NCBI GenBank assembly: GCA_040326155.1
Contig: JBEQLE010000107.1
Location: 1 to 10,047 of the forward strand
Length of the DNA: 10,047 nt
Direction of reading: 5' to 3'
DNA from: Leptospirales bacterium
GTDB taxonomy: Bacteria; Spirochaetota; Leptospiria; Turneriellales; JAOUFE01
Shown in pieces: positions 5,976-10,047 of this stretch. The notes under the pieces were generated by a model that saw nothing but the letters and a program-made list of their open reading frames with translations, had not been told where the DNA came from and did no database searches. The number at the start of each line of letters is the position of its first letter. The first letter of the stretch is position 1. Both the position numbers and the translations under genes were made by a program.

Positions 5976-8756
5976 TTAACTGAGAGATATTCCTCTTTTT
6001 TCGCGATACTTTTTGCGAATCAATTTATCGATTTCAAGTACTACAAAACCGGGTAGTAAACAGGGTAAAATATAGAGCCACCATTCAAGGGGAAACTCTT
6101 CGGTTCGAAACAGAGCCGAAAAAGCAGGCACATAAGTGGGCAATAATCGGGTTAAAATACTTATGACGATTCCAGCGATCAGCCACCAGTTCGAAAAGGG
6201 GCTGAAGGTAAACGCAGAGCGAAATACCGAACGAGCGCTCATAACAAACCCGAAGTGAACCATTAGAACAGCCCAGAAAGCCGCAGTTTGCGCCTGGGTT
6301 AAACGGTGGGCATCGAGAATTTCACCGGCGGGACCAACGGCGACGGCGCCGAAGAAGTTGTAGATTAAAAACCCTGGTACGGCAATGGCCAGCCCGATTA
6401 ATATTACCCTTTGCATAAACAGAAAGTTTGCAATTTTTACTTTGGGGTCACGGGGAGGAATATGCAGAAGGTTTTTCTCTTTCGGTTCCATCATCAGGGG
6501 CATGGTCAAAAAGACCGAGTCGAAAAGATTCACCCATAGAATCTGTACGGGTTCGAGCGGCAACCTGGCCTGAAAAATTGCTATAAAAGGAGCGAGTAAA
6601 ACTGCGCCCATTACAAGAAATGCCTGACCGGCGTTTGTTGGAAGCGTATACAAAATGGCTTTTTCCAGATTGTTCCAAGCGTGGCGTCCCTCTTCGACGG
6701 CGTTTACAATAGTTGCAAAGTTGTCGTCCGTTAAAACCATGCTCGCCGCTTCTTTACTCACCTCGGTACCTGTAATACCCATGGCAACGCCAATGTCGGC
6801 GGCTTTTAAAGCGGGAGCATCGTTAACCCCGTCTCCGGTCATAGAAACAATGTGACCCCTGGCCTGTAATTTCTGACAGATTAAAAGTTTATGCTCGGGA
6901 GCGACTCTGGCATAAACGGAAATACGCTCTACAACGTTTTCAAGTTCTTCATCTGACATCGTTGCAATTTGTTCTCCAATTAGAGCTTCGGCGTCGATGT
7001 TCTCAATAATACCAAGATCGGTTGCAATAGCTTTTGCGGTTAAAACGTGATCACCTGTAATCATGACGGTGCGAACCCCTGCAGTTTTACATTGGGCGAT
7101 GGCCTGAATGGCTTCGGGTCGGGAAGGGTCAATCATTCCCTGGATGCCAGTAAAGGTAATACCTTCAAGATCAGCATGGTCGATTTCGTCGGCGTCTGAA
7201 GGCAACTCTTTATAACCCATGGCTAAAACGCGCAACGCTGCTCTGCCCATCTCGCTGACTTTGGCCAGAATTTCCCCATCTTGAAGTTTTTCTGAACCGT
7301 TGGTGCCAAGTTGATCTTTACATAAGGCGACGACTTTTTCAGGCGAACCTTTTACAAAAAGAATCCGTTTACCGTTCACTTTATGCAGGCTTGCCATATA
7401 CATTTTTTCAGAATCAAACGGTATTTCGGTTATTTTCTCATACTCGTACTCTTCGAATATACCCGACTTCTGAGCCGAAACAACCAGGGCTCCCTCGGTT
7501 GGGTCTCCTATAACAATATGCTGCCCTTCTTTCTGGGCAACTGAGGCATGGTTACAGTTTAAACCAATAACAAGGGTCTGTTTGTAAGCATCAGGCAGCT
7601 CTTTGCCAATCTCTTTTCCGGAAGCTGTAATGACTCCTTTCGGTTCATACCCCGCCCCCGAGAGTTCATAGTCGATACCGCCCGAAAATATTCGACCGAC
7701 AGTCATCTGGTTTTTAGTCAGGGTGCCGGTTTTATCGGAGCAAATGACGGTGGTACAACCGAGAGTTTCTGCGGCGGGAAGACGTCGAATTAAAGCGTGC
7801 CGTTTCGCCATAACCGTTCCAGCCAAGGCTAAAATAGCGGTAACGATCATGGGAAGCATTTCGGGAATGGCGGCAACCACAAGAGAGACCGACGCCAGGA
7901 AACTGTAAATATAGGAGTAACCGAAGATCTTTCCAAGTACAAAGTTAATAACCCCGACAGAAGAAATGGCGATTATAAGCGTTGTGGTAAACTGTGCTAT
8001 CTTTTTTTGTAAAGGGGTAGTTACAGTCTGTGTGGTCTTAACAAGAGACGCAATTTTCCCAAACTCGGTCGCCTCGGCGGTTCCCACAACAATACCCCTG
8101 GTGTGGCCTCGGGACAAAAATGTCCCACTAAAAGCCAGACACTTTTGATCTGCCGGGGGTATATTATCGCGCTCAATCGGCTCGGTGGTTTTTTCGACGG
8201 GTATAGACTCCCCGGTAAGAGCGGCTTCGTCTGCGGCGGCCTCTGTAACCGAAAAAAGCCTGAGGTCGGCCGGAACCCGGTCTCCCCCTTCGAGAACAAC
8301 AATGTCACCGGGAACAAGCTCCCTGGTGGCAATAATTTTCTCGGTTCCATCACGCACGACCATACACTGTGGCACGATCATCTTTTGTAGAGCGTACAGA
8401 GTATTCTCAGCCTTACCCTCTTGAAAAAAACCTAAAATTGCATTTAAAATAACAACACTGATAATAACGATGGTGTCGGCGAGCATGTCTTCGCCACTGT
8501 AAGAAAGAAACCCGGTGACTGCAGCGGCGGCCATTAAAATAAACACAAGGGGATTATTAAACTGACGCATAAAACGCTTAAAAATACTGGGCTTACTGAA
8601 AGTCAGCTCGTTGTACCCATAGGTTTTTAATCTCTCGGTAGCGTCGTCTGAATTCAGCCCATTTTTATTCGTCGAAAGTTTTTCAAAAGTCTCTTCGACT
8701 GTTCTTTGATACCATGGTTTCTCTGGAATAACTTCGTTTTTCTCTGCTTCTGCCAT
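5976..8756 (-). CDS. Cation-transporting P-type ATPase, type II (PacL/CtpF/PMA1-like), ~926 aa
   Basis: Motifs YGYNEL, LVPGD, TGES, phosphorylation site CSDKTGTLT, KGSPE, MITGD and TGDGVNDAPAL, with hydrophobic segments consistent with a 10-TM layout. ATG 8756 follows AAGGTGAGG on the minus strand; the in-frame GTG at 8765 is the alternative start. Confidence 0.95.
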   Translation of the reverse strand: MAEAEKNEVIPEKPWYQRTVEETFEKLSTNKNGLNSDDATERLKTYGYNELTFSKPSIFKRFMRQFNNPLVFILMAAAAVTGFLSYSGEDMLADTIVIISVVILNAILGFFQEGKAENTLYALQKMIVPQCMVVRDGTEKIIATRELVPGDIVVLEGGDRVPADLRLFSVTEAAADEAALTGESIPVEKTTEPIERDNIPPADQKCLAFSGTFLSRGHTRGIVVGTAEATEFGKIASLVKTTQTVTTPLQKKIAQFTTTLIIAISSVGVINFVLGKIFGYSYIYSFLASVSLVVAAIPEMLPMIVTAILALAGTVMAKRHALIRRLPAAETLGCTTVICSDKTGTLTKNQMTVGRIFSGGIDYELSGAGYEPKGVITASGKEIGKELPDAYKQTLVIGLNCNHASVAQKEGQHIVIGDPTEGALVVSAQKSGIFEEYEYEKITEIPFDSEKMYMASLHKVNGKRILFVKGSPEKVVALCKDQLGTNGSEKLQDGEILAKVSEMGRAALRVLAMGYKELPSDADEIDHADLEGITFTGIQGMIDPSRPEAIQAIAQCKTAGVRTVMITGDHVLTAKAIATDLGIIENIDAEALIGEQIATMSDEELENVVERISVYARVAPEHKLLICQKLQARGHIVSMTGDGVNDAPALKAADIGVAMGITGTEVSKEAASMVLTDDNFATIVNAVEEGRHAWNNLEKAILYTLPTNAGQAFLVMGAVLLAPFIAIFQARLPLEPVQILWVNLFDSVFLTMPLMMEPKEKNLLHIPPRDPKVKIANFLFMQRVILIGLAIAVPGFLIYNFFGAVAVGPAGEILDAHRLTQAQTAAFWAVLMVHFGFVMSARSVFRSAFTFSPFSNWWLIAGIVISILTRLLPTYVPAFSALFRTEEFPLEWWLYILPCLLPGFVVLEIDKLIRKKYREKRGISLS

Positions 8757-8941
8757 TTCCCTCACCTTTGTTATATACCCTTTCTCAAGTATAAAATATT
8801 TTTATTACTCCTTTTTAATTTAATCTATAAAAAAGCAATCAAACTTTTTTTCTTACGATTAAAATAATTTTAAACCAATATCTGGACGATATTTTCTTTA
8901 AACGCCAAAAAGCGACCTATCTAATTGTAAAATTCAATATT

Positions 8942-9050
8942 TGTCAGAGGTTTGCTGGTGGGGAAAAAACCATCAAAAATTTCAATGGGTTTTATGGGGT
9001 AAGCCTACCCCCTGGTTTCAAACGCTTCTCGTTTTCCACCACCCCCGACA
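8942..9050 (-). ncRNA. Candidate structured RNA (leader or small RNA) upstream of the P-type ATPase; family unassigned
   Basis: Nested minus-strand helices TGTCGGGGG/CCTCTGACA and TGGTGG/CCACCA enclose three hairpins. The mismatches resolve as G-U pairs only on the minus strand. Confidence 0.4.
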
Positions 9051-9086
9051 TATAATACTACGAAGCGATTTTAAGTTATACTTAAC

Positions 9087-9803
9087 TCAACTAACCCATC
9101 GGCTCGGTGGATTTTCCAAATCGAATTTGAGCAACGATTTATTCATGTGAGGAGTTTGTTTACGAGCAATTTTGGTAAAGCCACAACGACAATAGAGTTT
9201 TGTGCGGGCATCTTCGGCGGTTCCATATGTTGTTTTAAAATTTCTTTGCTTGAGGTCTGCAATGGCAAAAGCGAATACTTCGTTAATCAGGCTTGGAATA
9301 TGCGATTCGCGACAAAACAGACTGATGAATTCGCAAGAGTCATTATCGGGCGGCAAGTAGAAACCAAGCTCTTCATACTGTTTTGGTCCGTTACCCGTAT
9401 GGGCGGTAAGCGCGCAGACTAAACCCTGATCGGTAAAAACAGCATAAATCGATAGATCGTCATAGGAAATGTTATGGCGAAGGCGGTTATTTCCAACAAT
9501 CCCCCATAAGTTAAAAACATCTTTTTGACCAGATTGTGCAAAGGCCGAAAACAGGTGGTGCTCATATATTTCAATATTCTTTTCGGTTTTTTCATATAGG
9601 CATGTCTGTATGTATTTTTCGTCCGCCTCATCTTCCAGACCTTCATGGTCCCCATAATAGACCTCACGATGCATTTCAGGTTGTCTCTCATGATGTAATT
9701 TATGCTGCATTGCAATTTGCATCTTTTCTTGCATCTGCTGCGGTATCTCAAACAGTGTCTCATTTATTGTTTCGTCTACTGAATCATTCAACGTCGTAAT
9801 CAT
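9087..9803 (-). CDS. Hypothetical protein with a probable C-terminal GNAT/acyltransferase fold, ~238 aa
   Basis: A strong RBS (AAAAGGAG) lies 5 nt before ATG 9803; the ORF track start is 9827. The C-terminal pattern CEFISLFC - amphipathic helix - KQRNFKTTYGTA - KLYCRCGFTKI resembles GNAT motifs A/B. The confidence reflects the fold call; that it is a coding gene is more certain. Confidence 0.6.
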   Translation of the reverse strand: MITTLNDSVDETINETLFEIPQQMQEKMQIAMQHKLHHERQPEMHREVYYGDHEGLEDEADEKYIQTCLYEKTEKNIEIYEHHLFSAFAQSGQKDVFNLWGIVGNNRLRHNISYDDLSIYAVFTDQGLVCALTAHTGNGPKQYEELGFYLPPDNDSCEFISLFCRESHIPSLINEVFAFAIADLKQRNFKTTYGTAEDARTKLYCRCGFTKIARKQTPHMNKSLLKFDLENPPSRWVS

Positions 9804-9858
9804 GGTTTCTCCTTTTTGCTCATACATATCTATTTATAGAGATATTGGATAATACCTA

Positions 9859-9895
9859 ATTATACGTACTTGTCCATAGGATGAATATCCTATGG
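9859..9895 (-). promoter_or_regulatory. Candidate promoter (-10 TATAAT) with an operator palindrome over the -35 region of the GNAT-like gene
   Basis: Minus-strand TATAAT at 9864-9859, and a perfect inverted repeat CCATAGGAT-GAAT-ATCCTATGG at 9874-9895. Confidence 0.55.
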
Positions 9896-10047
9896 GGCTT
9901 TCAGGGTGCGCGTATATATGTATGGGCGCTACCGTGTGGGTAATTACCCTGGAATTTTCCAGAGCGGGGCGGGTATTACCAGTAATCGCCGGGTTTGTAG
10001 TATATGAATTCGAAGTGCTGGTGTCTTATGCCCGTGGTGTGGAATCT

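Noticed and set aside
8766..8830. yybP-ykoY Mn2+ riboswitch suggested by AAAAAGGAGTAA upstream of a P-type ATPase
   Set aside because: The rest of the consensus and its helices are absent, and the region is nearly all A/T.
9071..9085. TTAAGT-TAT-ACTTAA dyad right after the GNAT-like stop codon
   Set aside because: An AT-rich 6-bp stem with no U tract is too weak for a terminator and is plausible by chance.
1087..9799. The many 60-114 aa ORFs nested in or antisense to the main genes, including 5088-5372, 8941-9150 and 9419-9763
   Set aside because: They are shadow frames of well-supported genes or of structured intergenic DNA, with no protein motifs.
1..10047. CRISPR array, transposase, integrase, rRNA or tRNA
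   Set aside because: No regularly spaced direct repeats or diagnostic motifs were seen.

Overview
Bacterial DNA, AT-rich for most of its length, with three parts. (1) 327-5018 (+): a tightly packed four-gene operon encoding an aldehyde dehydrogenase, a glutamine-synthetase-like ligase, an iron-containing alcohol dehydrogenase and a class I glutamine-amidotransferase-like hydrolase. The ligase lacks the ammonia-site flap glutamate of true GS, so the set reads as a gamma-glutamylation pathway for catabolising an amine or amino alcohol (ethanolamine-like is the best inference). A 20-bp palindrome lies just upstream. (2) On the minus strand, a Uma2-family PD-(D/E)xK putative nuclease and a type II P-type ATPase with non-canonical membrane ion-site residues. 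(3) An uncharacterised GNAT-fold gene (9087-9803, -), loosely LuxI/FeeM-like, preceded by a TATAAT box and a perfect 9-4-9 palindrome. The intergenic DNA is strongly structured. The best unexplained element is a ~110-nt multibranch fold (8942-9050) upstream of the ATPase whose mismatches read as G-U pairs on the ATPase-sense strand, a candidate cis-regulatory RNA. No rRNA, tRNA, CRISPR array or transposase was seen. All calls come from reading motifs by eye; no searches were run.
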